From Mobula hypostoma (lineage: Eukaryota), in the NCBI RefSeq assembly GCF_963921235.1, contig NC_086097.1, positions 121,894,001 to 121,958,000 of the forward strand: a DNA stretch of 64,000 nucleotides. Direction: 5' to 3'. Below the pieces are notes generated by a model that had not been told where the DNA came from, did not search any database, and saw nothing but the letters and a program-made list of their open reading frames with translations. Below are positions 37,555 through 49,576 of the stretch, piece by piece. Position 1 is the stretch's first letter. Each line of letters starts with the position of its first letter. The position numbers and the translations under genes are program-made.

Positions 37555-40500
37555 CTGCCCCCACATGAGGGGTCAGCCGTCCCCAGCAATTCCAGAGTCC
37601 ACAACAAAGTCCAACAGTCCCGGTGGTGGTCAATGCTGCTGCCTGGGGCACTGGGGAGGGCACTTGTAGTCTCTCCCCCCACTAGGGGAGGCACTGTTTG
37701 ATGAGGCCAAGAGGCTGGGTCAGTGGTGACCAAGGGCAGATAGAGTGCCAGCCAATCCCTGTGCAGCATGACTGCCTCCCGCTGCTCAGACTACCACACC
37801 CAATACACAATGTCAGGGATATGGTTGAGCACCTCTCCTGGCCCCTTCCAGTGGCTTCCCAGCTTGGGGGGATAGTCACTTCTTCCAGGAGGGGCAGTAG
37901 ATCCACACTTATTACCTCACGGCAAAGTCCTGTCCCAGCTGCAGGCATCATAAGCCCGTTTTTGTCGGTCGCTGGCTACACTATGGTTCTGCCAAGCTGC
38001 ATCATGAACAGCCTGCATGTGCCTCCTGAGGTGCTGCAACTACCCCAAACCGGCCTCCCCAGGAATCTCCGGCTTGGGGGGGGGGGGCCGAACACCAGAT
38101 CCACCGGGGTATGCAGCTCCCGCCTGAACATGAGCACAGCTGGCATTTACCTGTGGAGTTCTTCAGGGGGACAGAAACAGCACGAGAACTCCTCCACAAG
38201 TCATTCAGCAGTGGTAGTGCTTTGGCTGAGTATCACGTACTCCTCTGGCCACTTTGTGAAGTAATCCATGGCCATGAGAACATTGCTAATCCCGGAGTCA
38301 GTGTGGGGGAAGGGGCCCAGGACGTCCACCCCTACGCGCTCTACTGGGGCCCCCACCAGGTACTGTTGCACTGGCGCCCTAGACCGGGGGCACGGCCCCT
38401 TCTGGGACACGCAAGCATCAAGCGTCACAGCACTGCACAAACGGCTCCACATCTTGCCTGCACCCAGGCCAATGTAAGCATTCTTGCAGCTTGCACGACG
38501 TCTTTGCAGCCCCAAAATGCCGCCCCTGCCCCATCCAGCTCTCAGAGCCCACCAAATGTCGCCACTGTCGCTGCCTCGAGTGGAGCTGGGGCAAGCGGCG
38601 GTGGAGGCACTGCAGGTGGCAGCCGGCAGTGACCTCGCCTCCATCGACCACCAGCAGCTGCGCCGTGAGGTGAGAAGTGATCCTGTGCCGGTCCGGGTGA
38701 GGGGGCGGCTGTGCACGGGACGGCGGCCAGGGTGGGGGGAGATCTCCACTCTGGATTCATACTCTCAGTGGGGCATGCTGGAGGTGCGCAACGGGCTGCT
38801 GTTCCAACATTGGCAGTCGTCCCCACGGTGACAGACACCTCCTATAGCTACCCCTAGGTAGTCCCCTAGGGGCTCCGCGTCATGGCGCTGCGGTCGGTGC
38901 ACAGCATCAGTGTTACTGTGGTGCCTTCCAGCATGGTGCTGCATCTCAAAATCGTAATCCTGAAGAGCCTTGAGCCAGCACGCCATCTGCTCCTTGGGTC
39001 CGCGGAAGCTCAACGGCCTGGTCAGAGATACATGGCGAAGCAGGAACCGTGGGCCAAAGAGGTAGGGGCGGAAGTGGCGGAGGTCCTGGACCATAGCCAA
39101 GAGCTCCCGGTGGGTTCCATTCAGTGTGGCTCAGGGTACAGCTGAAGTACGCCACAACGCACTCTCCTTGGTCCCCCTCCTGTGATAGGATGGTGCCGAG
39201 ACCATCCGTTGCTGGCATCTGTATCAACAATGAAGGGGCAGGCTGGATCGGGATAGACCAGCACCGGATCCTAAGTGAGCACAGCTCGGAGTTGATGGAA
39301 GGCTGCAGCACAGGTTCAGTCCAGGCGAAGGGCCTCCCCTTCTCAGTGAGTTGGTGCAGGGAATTGGCGATGGTGGTGAAGTCTTTAATAAACTGGTGAT
39401 AGTATCATGCCAGCCCCAGGAAGCTGTGAACCTTGGAGACATGGTGGAGGGTAGGCCATTCCCTGACAGCCGCCGCCTTCTCAGGGTCCATAACCCCTCC
39501 TGCACTCACAACGTGTCCCAGGAACTTCGTCTGGCAGTGCAGCAGGCAGCATTTAAAAGGGCTGAGGATCAGGTTCGCAGGTTCCACAGAACATTAATAA
39601 AAACGGAGGTGTGCACCAGGAGATCATCCAAAGAGAGACGCAGTGACTCTGCGGAAAGTGAGCCAGCACCCTCTCCATCAGACCGTCAGACTCTTGAATG
39701 TGGCTAGGAGATTACACAGACCAAATGGCATTACCCGAAAGTGCCACAGCCCTTGACCAGTGGTGAAGGCAGTCTTGGGACGGGACTCTGGGGCCAGATC
39801 GACCTGCCAGTAGCCACTGTGGAGACTGAGAGAGCTGAACCAGGTTGAACCAGCGATGTAGTCCAGGCTATCGTCAATTCAGGGCAGCGGGTAGGAGTCC
39901 TTCTGCGTCATGGCATTGAGATAGTGGTAGTCTACACAGAACCACCATGACCCGGCTTTCTTCCCAACCATCATCGCTGGAGCTGCCCATGGGCTGTGGA
40001 AGGGCTCAATGATGCCAACTGCTGCATCTCTTTGATCCGCTGCTCTGCTGCCTGGCGTTTGGTGAGGGCCAGGAGATGGGCCTGTGGGTGGATGGGCTGT
40101 CATCTCTGGTGTTGACGTGTTGTTGGACCAGCCCTGTGTGCCTGCCATCCTCATCCCTGGTTGCGAAGATGTCGATGTGCTGGTCCAGAAGGTCCTTCAG
40201 CTGCTGCTGCTGGTCCTGATCCAAACCCTTGCTGATCCGCAGCCACAACTCTCAGACCGCCTGGACGGTCTCACTGGAGGAAGCCATTGTCATGCTGCGC
40301 CGCTGCAGTTGCTGATGACAGGGGGACAGTGAGCTGCACTGGAGTGACTGGTGGTGGTTGTTACTGTGCCTCTCTGGTCTGCTTCCTGGAGCTGCCCTGC
40401 CGGAGAGCCACGGTTTCAGTGATGAGGCAGAGTATTGCCACCTGGCACATCCATACGATCACCGCACGTGTCCCCCCCCCCGCCCAGTGGGACGGCAGGT

Positions 40501-41746
40501 CCAGGCCAATGAAGCAGGAGTCCCGGATATCAGCTAGCCACACTTTGTGCTCCACTGTGTTTTTCCCCTCTGTGATGCATAGCCACGTCTTCCCTCTCAT
40601 CACTGCACAGTTGCCGGTGACCATGCCAGCTGGACGCCGTCATTGTCCACCCAGGCGGGATGGCTGGTCCGTGTCAGGGGGACACCGGAAAGGATGATGG
40701 TGATAGTCGACCCTATGTCCACCAACGCATGGTATCCAATGCCGTTCACCTCACAGTCCATGTATAAGCCTTGCTCCTCACCCACCCGGAGGAGTGACAA
40801 GGGAGGGATTCTGCTGTGGTCTTGAGCAGTGCCGCCCATGTGTACTGGGCTGTGACAGGGCTGGCACGGTGCTAGTCATACCCGTCTCACGGGCTCCTCC
40901 TCGTCAATTTACTCCTCCGCCTCACTGACACAAGCCCAGGCTCACAATATGCGGGGCAGCACTGGAATGCTTTGGGGGGTTAAAATTGCTTCTGCCCTCT
41001 CCTCTTCAGTCAGCGCCTCATCCAGCGATGATGGTGATGCCAGGCGAACATGCTGCCAAAGGCACTCCGGCGTCAGCACCTTTGCAAAGGTGTAGAGGGC
41101 AAGCTCTTCCTGGGCCGCAGTTGGGCACTGGGGGTAGCCATGTCGAGCACAGTGGTGGAGATCTGCTGCAAGTGCCTTCAGGCTTTCTCCCACAAGGTGC
41201 CATCTGCTGCCCATTTCTTCCCTCATTACTTCTGCCAATGGCCTCTGCTTGAAACGCCACTTCAGTGCCACTATGAGGGCCCTGCAGTCATGCTGCTCTG
41301 CAGGGCATCCCCCACCAGGGCAAGGTGCACTGCCAACTCGGTAGGGCACCACCCGTTGTGCCATGCAGCAAGTTTGACTTGCGCCAAGTGAGGCTCCAGG
41401 TGGCTGGTCCCATTGTATCTGGGGAGCTTCAAGGTGGACCTTGTGGTGTGAATTGCTGAGGCCCGTTGGCCTCCTCTTGCTCCAGTGGCATTGGAGGTGC
41501 CTGCCATGTTGCACGGTATTTTGGGTTCTCTGGTGTAGCCCACAGGGGAGGTGGTGGTGTGCTCTGCCATGTTTCCCGGGTTGGGGAGCCTGGGTACACA
41601 GTCCTTCCTCTGAGTTGGTATCTCGTCTTTGGTAACCCGGTTGGGGGGTGCAGGGGAGGCACACAACTCAGATCCTTGACTTATTCCTTGGGTCTTAAGG
41701 CACTCCATTCGATGTTGTAGCTCTTCGATCTTGCCATCAATTTCTA

Positions 41747-41764
41747 ATCCCACTCCTGACACCA
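41747..41764 (-). promoter_or_regulatory. Primer-binding site complementary to the tRNA-Leu(CAG) 3' end
   Basis: Minus strand TGGTGTCAGGAGTGGGAT, 1 nt inside the 5' LTR; equals the reverse complement of ATCCCACTCCTGACA+CCA. Confidence 0.92.
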
Positions 41765-41765
41765 G

Positions 41766-42122
41766 TGTGGTGAGCGTTCAGACCATGATGACAGATGAGA
41801 AAAGCTTGTTTAACTCGACTGTTATTTTTATTGCGATTAGCATGAAAACAGACCAGGCATGATGACTTGGAGAGAGAACTGCTCAGTCTTGTACACGTGG
41901 AGCAGGTGGTTATCACACACCACGGTTACAGTCAGGGTATCCCACAAACACACATGAGTATAACTGTATAACCCAAGCTAAGATGTAACAATAAATGACC
42001 TTGAACATCCCACCATAATCCCACTAATGCATTTTCAAACAAGAACAATAAATAGCGCTGGCCAGGAGTGCTGGGACAAGCTCTAAATCACTCCCCCCCC
42101 CGCCCCCCCCCAGGGTGCCACA
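41766..42122 (-). repeat. 5' LTR (357 bp)
   Basis: TGTGG...CCACA termini, adjacent to the PBS. Confidence 0.9.
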
Positions 42123-42372
42123 ATATATAAAAAATTAAATTAAATTAAATAAATACGTCAATACTTCAAAAAAGTAGGAAAATATAGTGAAGTCCTCATG
42201 GTTTTATTGCCATTCAGAATTGTGATGATGGAGGGGAAGAAGCTGATCCTGGAACATTGAGTGTGCATCTTCAAGGTCCTGTACTGCCTCCTTATTGCAC
42301 CACATGATCTTTTTATTTATATTTCCTATTGTAATTTATAGTATTGCATGAAACAATAACTTTCACCACATA

Positions 42373-42835
42373 CATTCAGTTGCCACTTTATTAGGCACAG
42401 GAGTGCAACTGTGTGTGGTTTTCTACTTCAAGGTTCAACATGCTGTACTTCCAAAGATGCTCTTCTGCACACCACTGTTCTAATGTTTGGCCATTTGAGT
42501 TGCTGCATCCTTTCTGTCAGCTTGAGCCAGTCTGACCTTTCTCTTTAACAAGGCATTTTCGCCCACAGAACTCTAAGAGACTGTTGTGTGTTGAAATCCC
42601 GGGATATCAGCAGTTTCTGAGATACTCAAGCCACTCCATCTGGCACCAACAAACAATCTATGATCAAAGTCATTTAGATCACATTTCTTCCCCATTCTGA
42701 TGTTTGGTTTGAACAACAACAGAACCTCCAGAATATGTCTGCATGCTTCTGATTTGCAGCCTTATGGTTGGCTGGTTAGATATTTGCATTAACATACAGG
42801 TGTACAAGTGTACCTAATGAAGTGGCCACTGAGTG
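42373..42835. mobile_element. Tc1/mariner non-autonomous element
   Basis: TA-CATTCAGTTGCCACTTTATTAGG ... CCTAATGAAGTGGCCACTGAGTG-TA. Confidence 0.85.
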
Positions 42836-43729
42836 TATTTCTCACTGTAATTTTTGATGATTCTAAACAACAAATTTCAGGGCATGCCAGTGGTAATAAT
42901 CTGGATTTTGATTCTAATTCTTTTTTTGATAGATGCCATAATCAAAATGGCTCACATCATATTTCCACAGTACTACTGTAAAATAACATCCATATAAAGT
43001 CACTAGTAGGTGAATATTGAAAGAATATCCATTGAGCTCCTGTGAATTATGATATTGTTTGTGTGCTTTTCAATTGAAAGACTGAAAACACTATATTCAT
43101 ATATCTGACAGTGAATCAGAAGTAATTGTTTAAATGGCTTTATTCTGTTACTGTAAATATATTGGAAATAAAAGCAAGCAAGTTTTTCTTTAACTGGACA
43201 ATTGACGTGTTAAGGTTTCATTATTGCTCTGTTAACAAGGCAATGCAATTTTAACTAAATGTCACAGAGAATGAAGACAGACATAGAAGGGATTTCAAAG
43301 TTACATTGCATTTTCTCTGCAAGTAATTACGCACCAGTTTCTGTCACTTGCCATTCTGAGCCGCAGCTTTGAGTTATGGAATCTAGATTCCAAAGTGATG
43401 CAACACCCATTTGAAACAGAGGCAGAAAAAGACCAATTATGGAAACAGCTTGCAGATTTATTGGCTCCATCAAGGCTACACAGGCTTTTGAAGTTTAAGC
43501 TTTTCTTTCATTCAAATAAAATGTATTCTAGCCAATTTAGTAGAAATAGAATGATGCAGAAACATCAAATACTGTGGTGGGAATAAACAGTTTTGTTTTA
43601 TAGTACTGTACACATATAGTGCACACTTTTGGAGAAAAACATTATAGCTCCTGCTAATGATGCAAATATCTGAAATGAGTCAAATTTATTGTTGAAAATA
43701 AACTCAAAGATCATTGTTTTTAGTTTATT

Positions 43730-44052
43730 GTTTCCTGTAGTGGGGGAGTCTAGGACCAGAGGGCACAGCCTCAGAATAGAAGGACCTCCCCTTAGAAAAG
43801 AGATGAGGAGGAATTTATTTCACCAGATGGTGGTGAATCTGTGGAATTAAGTGCCGCAGACTTCTGCAGAGGCCAAATCATTGGGTATATTTAAGGTGGA
43901 GACTGATATTTTCTTGATAGTAAGACTGTCAATGGTTATAGGAAGAAGGCTGCGAAATGGAGGGATAATAAATCAGCCATATTAGAAAGGCAGAGCAGGC
44001 TCAACGGGGAGAATAGGCTAATTATGTTCCTATGTCTTTTGGTCTTATGGTT
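43730..44052 (+). mobile_element. CR1 3' fragment
   Basis: ggggagtctaggaccagagggcacagcctcagaatag...cctatgtcttttggtcttatgg. Confidence 0.8.
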
Positions 44053-44461
44053 TGAACAATTTTTGATTTTATTCCTTTGGTGTTACCATTCACAGAAGAT
44101 TCCAAGTCATTTCAAAAGATGAAGAACCATACAGCTGTCAGGTAATGAAGTGATATGGTAAATCACATACTGGCAAGCTGGTATATGTTTAATTAGTCAA
44201 AACCGGTGGATATATTAAAATGTGTCCATTGAAATGGCTACCTCACATATTGACCTTTTGTTGCAGTTACAGGTTTATAAACTTTCATATTTCATATTTT
44301 GCTGTAATTCATGCTGAAACGTTGTATTTACCTTTCATCTGGTATCAGAAATAGAGACATGAAGAGGATCCAGAACTCTTAACTGTGCTTATATAGTTGG
44401 TCAATCTTTAGAGAGGCAGGTCAACCGAGAAAGGTGTTGTTTCTTTTTGCACTCTAAAATG

Positions 44462-44904
44462 CACTCAGTGGCCACTTTATTAGGCACACCTGCTCATTAA
44501 TGCAAATATCTAATCAGCCAATCATGTGGCAGCAACTCAATGCATAAAAGCATTTACGCGTGGTCAAGATGTTCAGTTGTTGTTCAGACCAAACATCAGA
44601 ATGGGGAAGAAATGTGATCGAGATACATTTGACTGTGGAAAGATTGTTGTTGCCAGACACAACTGAATATCTCAGAAACTCCTGATCTCCTGGGAATTTT
44701 TTTGCACGACAGTCTTTAGAGTTTACACAGAATGACGTGAAAAGCAGAATTATCCAGTGCGTGACAGTTCTGTAGGCTAAAACAGTGGTGTGCAGAAGAC
44801 CATCTCTGAAAGAGCAATACGTCGAATCTTTAAGTGGGTGGGTTACAGCAGCTGAAGACCACAGCAGGTGCTACACCTCTATCTAATAAAGTGGCCACTG
44901 AGTG
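44462..44904. mobile_element. Tc1/mariner non-autonomous element (opposite orientation to the 42373 copy)
   Basis: CACTCAGTGGCCACTTTATTAGG ... CTAATAAAGTGGCCACTGAGTG-TA. Confidence 0.85.
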
Positions 44905-45195
44905 TAAATTATCTTTTGTATTCACATGGAAAGACTGAAGCTATGATTGCTATGTTGTCTGACTTACCTTAACAACATTACAGAGCTTTTGGAATGTCCA
45001 ACAGGACTTTCCAACAGTGATAGATTTTCAGGCATTAATTTATCAAGCATCGATTCTCCAATGCCCCTCCTACTATTATATTAGTGGGATGTCATAAATT
45101 TATCCTTAAGTAATTTTGAAAAGCTTCTGTCAAATTACACTTCCAGAAAATGTACAAGACATAATGAATCCTTTCAAAGTCTGGCTGATACATAC

Positions 45196-45334
45196 CCGTG
45201 TTTTTTTCTCCATCTCCAGCATCAGTTGCTCGTGTTGTTCGGCTATGGCCAGAGTTGCTGAATGTACCTTCTGATAGATGTTCTCTCCTTCCCGTGTCTG
45301 AAATGTAAACAGTCCCTCTCCCGTGTCACACATT
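45196..45334 (-). CDS. DOK6: Docking protein 6, internal coding exon (139 bp; end of PTB domain): (R)[46 protein letters not shown]
   Basis: Acceptor ttgtatttgtcatttgcag, donor GG|gtatgt. Peptide is closest to DOK6 among DOK4/5/6 as recalled; ends in phase 0 and joins the 11136 exon in frame. Confidence 0.95.
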
Positions 45335-46587
45335 CTGCAAATGACAAATACAACGAATGTCATAGTTTGTATCTTTGTTCTGGCAATCTACCTAGGCACT
45401 GCTGAAGTTAAACAATAGGAAGCATATACTACCAAATTAATTGTAACTCTAAGCATTACAGAGCAGTAGTCACTTGTTGCTCAAGTTCTCATCTCTTTTG
45501 CCCATAGGGTGGTGAATCTGTGGAAATCATTGCCACAGATGGCTGTAGAGGACAAATCATTGGGACTATAACCCTCCATACTTGACCATCCATGTACCTA
45601 TCCAAATTTCTCTTAAATGTTGAAATTGACCCTGCATCAAGTTGCACTGGCAGCTCGTTTCACCACCCTGAGTGAAGAAATTCCCCTTCATGTTCCTCTG
45701 AAACATTTCATCTTTCAACCTTAACCCATGACTGCTAGTTGTAGTCTGATACAACCTCCATGGGAAAAGCCTGCTTTCATTTACCCTATGAAAACCTCTC
45801 ATAATTTTGTATACCTCTACCAAATCTCCACTCAACCTTTCACATTTCAGGGAATGAAGCCCTAGCCTATTCAATCTTTCCATATAACTCAGTTCCTCAG
45901 GTCCCAGCAACATCCTGGTAAATTTTCGCCGCACTTTTTCAATTTTATTTACATCTTTCCTGTAAGTGGGTGACCAAAACTACACACAATACTTCAAATT
46001 AGGTCTCACCAATATCTTATACAACTTCAACATAACATTTCAACTCCTGTACTCAATGCACTAATTTATAAAGGCCAATGTGCCAAAAGATTCTTCATGA
46101 GCCTATCTAATTGTGACACCACTTTCAAGGAATTACATATCTTTATTCCTCGATCCCTCTATTCTACCACACTCCTCAGTGCCCTACTGCACTCCATGTA
46201 AGACCTACCCTGGTTGGTCCTCCCAAAGTGCAACACCTCACACTTGTCTGCATTAAATTCCATCTGCCATTTTTCAGCCCATTTTTCTCTGCTGCATTTC
46301 CTCACATCAACAGACACTGTGTCCATCTTTCGAGTAAATACAGATGCAAAAAATCAATTTAAGGTATTCCCCATCTCTTGCGGCTCCACACATAGAGTAC
46401 CACTCTGATCTTCCAGAGGTCCAATTTTGTCCCTTGTTATCCTTTTGCTCTTAATATAGAAGACCTTAGAATTCTCCTTCAGCTTGTCTGCTGGAGCAAC
46501 CTCATGTCTTCTTTTAGCCTTCCTGATTTACTTAAGTGTTTTCTTGCATTTCTTATACTCCTCATTTTCTCCTGCTTGCCTATACAT

Positions 46588-47015
46588 TAGATTAGATTAG
46601 ATTAGATTCAACTTTATTGTCGTTGTGCCGAGTACAGATACAAAGCCAATGAAATGCGATTAACATCTGACCAGAAGTGCAAAAGAATAGTATTATTTAC
46701 AAAATAACTGCGAATAAAAAGTAAGTGCTACAGCATACAAATATAAAGATACTAAGACAGTACAATATGGATGCAATACTGCTTAGCGCTGTGATGTGAG
46801 ATTCAGCAGGGTCACAGCCTCAGGGAAGAAACTCTTCCTGAGCCTGCTGGTGTGGGAGCGGAGGCTCCTGTAGTGCCTACCACATGGGAGGAGAGTAAAA
46901 AGTCCATGGTTAGAGTGAGATGCATCCCTGATAATGCTTTTCGCCCTGCCCAGGCAGTGTTTATGGTAGATGTTCTCAATGGTGGGCAATTGGGTGTAGA
47001 TAATCCGCTGGGCAG
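46588..47015 (-). mobile_element. Rex/Babar 3' fragment with (AATCT)n tail
   Basis: IYHKHCLGRAKSIIRDASHSNHGLFTLLPCGRHYRSL; 5-bp TSD TACAT (46583-46587, 47016-47020). Confidence 0.85.
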
Positions 47016-47295
47016 TACATCCTTCTTTTTCTTAACCAGTATCTCAATATCTCTCGAAAGCAATGTTCCATAAACTGTTATGTTTGCCCTTTATTCTGAC
47101 AGGTACATAAAAAGGCTCGACTCGAGACTTCCGGTAGAGCTCATGGAGTGAAGTCGTGTTCTTGACTCGCTCCATTACCTCTGAGTTTTTCTTCTTATGA
47201 TCAGCTATATTTTAACTAACCATTAAGGCATCGACTTTTACAATAATTTGAAACAAATTGGGCTCTTTGATAATCGGATGCTTTTAAGGTCTGCT

Positions 47296-48873
47296 ATGTC
47301 TAAGAATGGAAAAAATGGGAAAGACGGCAAACTTCCAGTTAGACCGAAAGGTGCCGATTTTCCTCCAACTGAACCACCGGTGACTTTGAAAGCTATATCG
47401 GATCTAATTCAAAGGGAAGTTTCAACCTCTATTACGGAGCTGATTTGTGCGGAAATTTCAATTAATTTCCAGAAAATTGCCGATTCAATCAATAAAATAC
47501 AAACATCTATCACGTAACATCAGTCGGCTATATCCAATCTTCAAAAATCCACGCAACAAAATGAACTCAAGATGGGGAAAATTGAAGAAACAATTACTAT
47601 AATCAAGAAAAAACTTGACTTTCTGACCTTTAAAAACTCTGACTTAGAATCCAGAATGCAAAGGCAGAATCTTCGAATGATTGGTGTGTGTGAAGCTGTT
47701 GAATCTGACAACCCTATGTAGTTTTTTTCTCAACTTTTAAAAGATGCATTTCCTACTGTATTTCCTGACCAACCACCGTTATTGGATCGTGTTCACAGAG
47801 TTCCATCATACTCGTCTAAGTCAGATAAACCTCGACATGTCATCTTACGTTTTCCTTTTTTTTAAATTTTATTTTTATTTGGATAAGGAATTCACAATTA
47901 TCATGTACTTTTTTCACACATATAACCTTTTCCATTTTTTTATATGTACAAAACCACAATTACTTATACATTCTTAAGTAGACATTAAGATGATATAAAA
48001 GGAAAATAAACATTTAAATAGATAATTATGTACTGTGATAAATCTAACCTATTAGGCTAAGTAATGAAATTAGTTGTTAAGAAAAATGGTAATAATAGTT
48101 TCCATACAACCCTTCTGGAGCATTTCCACTGGTCCAAAATGTTGCATACAAGCCTATATACCAACCATTGTAGGTGTTTATATCCCAATTTGTTCGTGCT
48201 TGTTCCTGCCCGCAGACATAATTATCCAATCCCTATGTACTTATTTACTTAATTTTTTCATTTTTTTTATCCCTTTCCCAAATCTTTCCCTTTACTTGTG
48301 TTAATTCTCTATTTTCCAAAAAAAACAACAAACATTTAGACTAGGGGTGCTGTAATATTGCAACAATTGATCTGTGGGATCATAGCCCAGTCTCTATGTC
48401 TCTAATCCTGGAAAGGAAAATGAGGAAAACACTATGGAGGCTAAACTCACGTATTTTATCAAATCTGCAATAAATGGATTGAATATATAACCCCAATGCG
48501 AGCAGACTTTAGATGACTCTCCTAATGATTTATATTGCTCTTCTCATCAACACAGTAATATTGCTAACGTAAGCATCTTACGTTTTCATTACTTTCAAGA
48601 CAAGGAGAAACTGTTTTGATTCGTTCGATCTAAAGGTTACATTGATTTTTTGGATCTTCATTTCCGGTTCGTGGAGGATTTCAGCAAACAAATTCGGATC
48701 AACGGGTTCGTTACAGATCTGTGATGTCGGAACTCTACAAGATGGATTTAAAACCAACGTTGCTTTACCCAGCACGTTTAAGGATTCATACGTTGGATGG
48801 AGCCCTCCGTTTTTTTGAATCTCCATCGGATGCCCAGAGTTATCTGGATCAATTTTCACCTTCAACATCTTAA
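47296..48873 (+). pseudogene. L1 ORF1 (coiled-coil/RRM), with stops and a 719-bp insertion
   Basis: DLESRMQRQNLRMIGV, LDRVHRV, PRHVILRF|HYFQDKE motifs. Confidence 0.85.
47855..48573 (-). mobile_element. Antisense L1 insertion from a different family, with 5' inversion
   Basis: Perfect 14-bp TSD CATCTTACGTTTTC (47841-47854, 48574-48587); polyA/AATAAA on the minus strand; segment 48351-48573 reads as L1 on the + strand. Confidence 0.9.
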
Positions 48874-49576
48874 TCATAATTTTTAACTATCTCCGTTTGA
48901 TCGGAGGTTGTGAATCTGTCGGCCTTAATTTTTTTTGCCTTATATGGGCAGAAAAGTTTATTTTTGATCAATTAATATGGTTGCTAAACTTTCTTTCTAT
49001 CTGCGTCATTCCTTTCTTTTTCTCAGGGGATTCTGGGTGGTTATTTCCTCAGCGTCATTCTACGTATTTCCTTTGAGGCCTTAAATTTTGTAGTTTTTAA
49101 ATCTACTTTTTTTTGTAGGTTTTCATAACTAGTTTATGTTAATAATTTCATTTCTTTTTTTTGTTTATTCATAGGGTCTGGGGTTTGTCGCGTTTTTTTG
49201 TATTTTCTGGCTTTTTCTCTGTTATATTGTGTTTGTTTTAATTGATTTACTTTTTTTATTCTTTTACTGTTTTATAACTAGCTGATCTTTTTAATATTTA
49301 CATGTTTTTTTAGTGAGCGTCTATTGGAAGTCATGGGGGTAGTTTTAGTGCTTGCTTCTTTCCGGCTGGTCTGTTTTAGATTTAGCCTTGGGGTCATGGG
49401 GTGGGGGTGGTGGGAGGGGCTTCACGTTTTAGTTTTTTTCTTCTTGGGCTATTTACACTATTGAAGTATTGGTTGCGTTCTCCTCCTCGGTATCTCTTGT
49501 TTGTTCTGTTCCCTTTCCAGGTTCGTGGGTCAAGCCTATCGTCAATCCTCCTTTTTGCGGGTTGACTTTAGGGTTT

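Larger units (their letters stand above)
37234..42122 (-). mobile_element. Gypsy LTR retrotransposon with both LTRs, decayed gag-PR-RT-RH-IN, GC-rich interior
   Basis: gag KLPRYNGTSHLEPHLAQ; PR ALVDIGSTITII; RT SPWAAPAMMVGKKAGSWWFCVDY..KDSYPLP; IN VERVGVDVLGPFP..MDYFTKWPE; PPT GGGGGCAG next to 37554; 4-bp TSD ATAC/ATAT; inserted in a Rex 3' tail. Confidence 0.95.

Noticed and set aside
37555..38200. env-like extra ORF in the Gypsy element
   Set aside because: The overlapping ORFs reflect high GC and integrase tail remnants; no signal peptide or transmembrane envelope pattern.
41746..41764. tRNA-Leu gene
   Set aside because: Only the 3' 18-19 nt including CCA are present, next to an LTR; this is a primer-binding site.
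45196..45334. DOK4 or DOK5 assignment
   Set aside because: [23 protein letters not shown] and WHHITRQNSV fit DOK6 better as recalled; phylogeny or synteny would confirm.
45130..45363. Stand-alone 77-aa ORF
   Set aside because: Only 45196-45334 is DOK-like and bounded by splice sites; the rest is intron.
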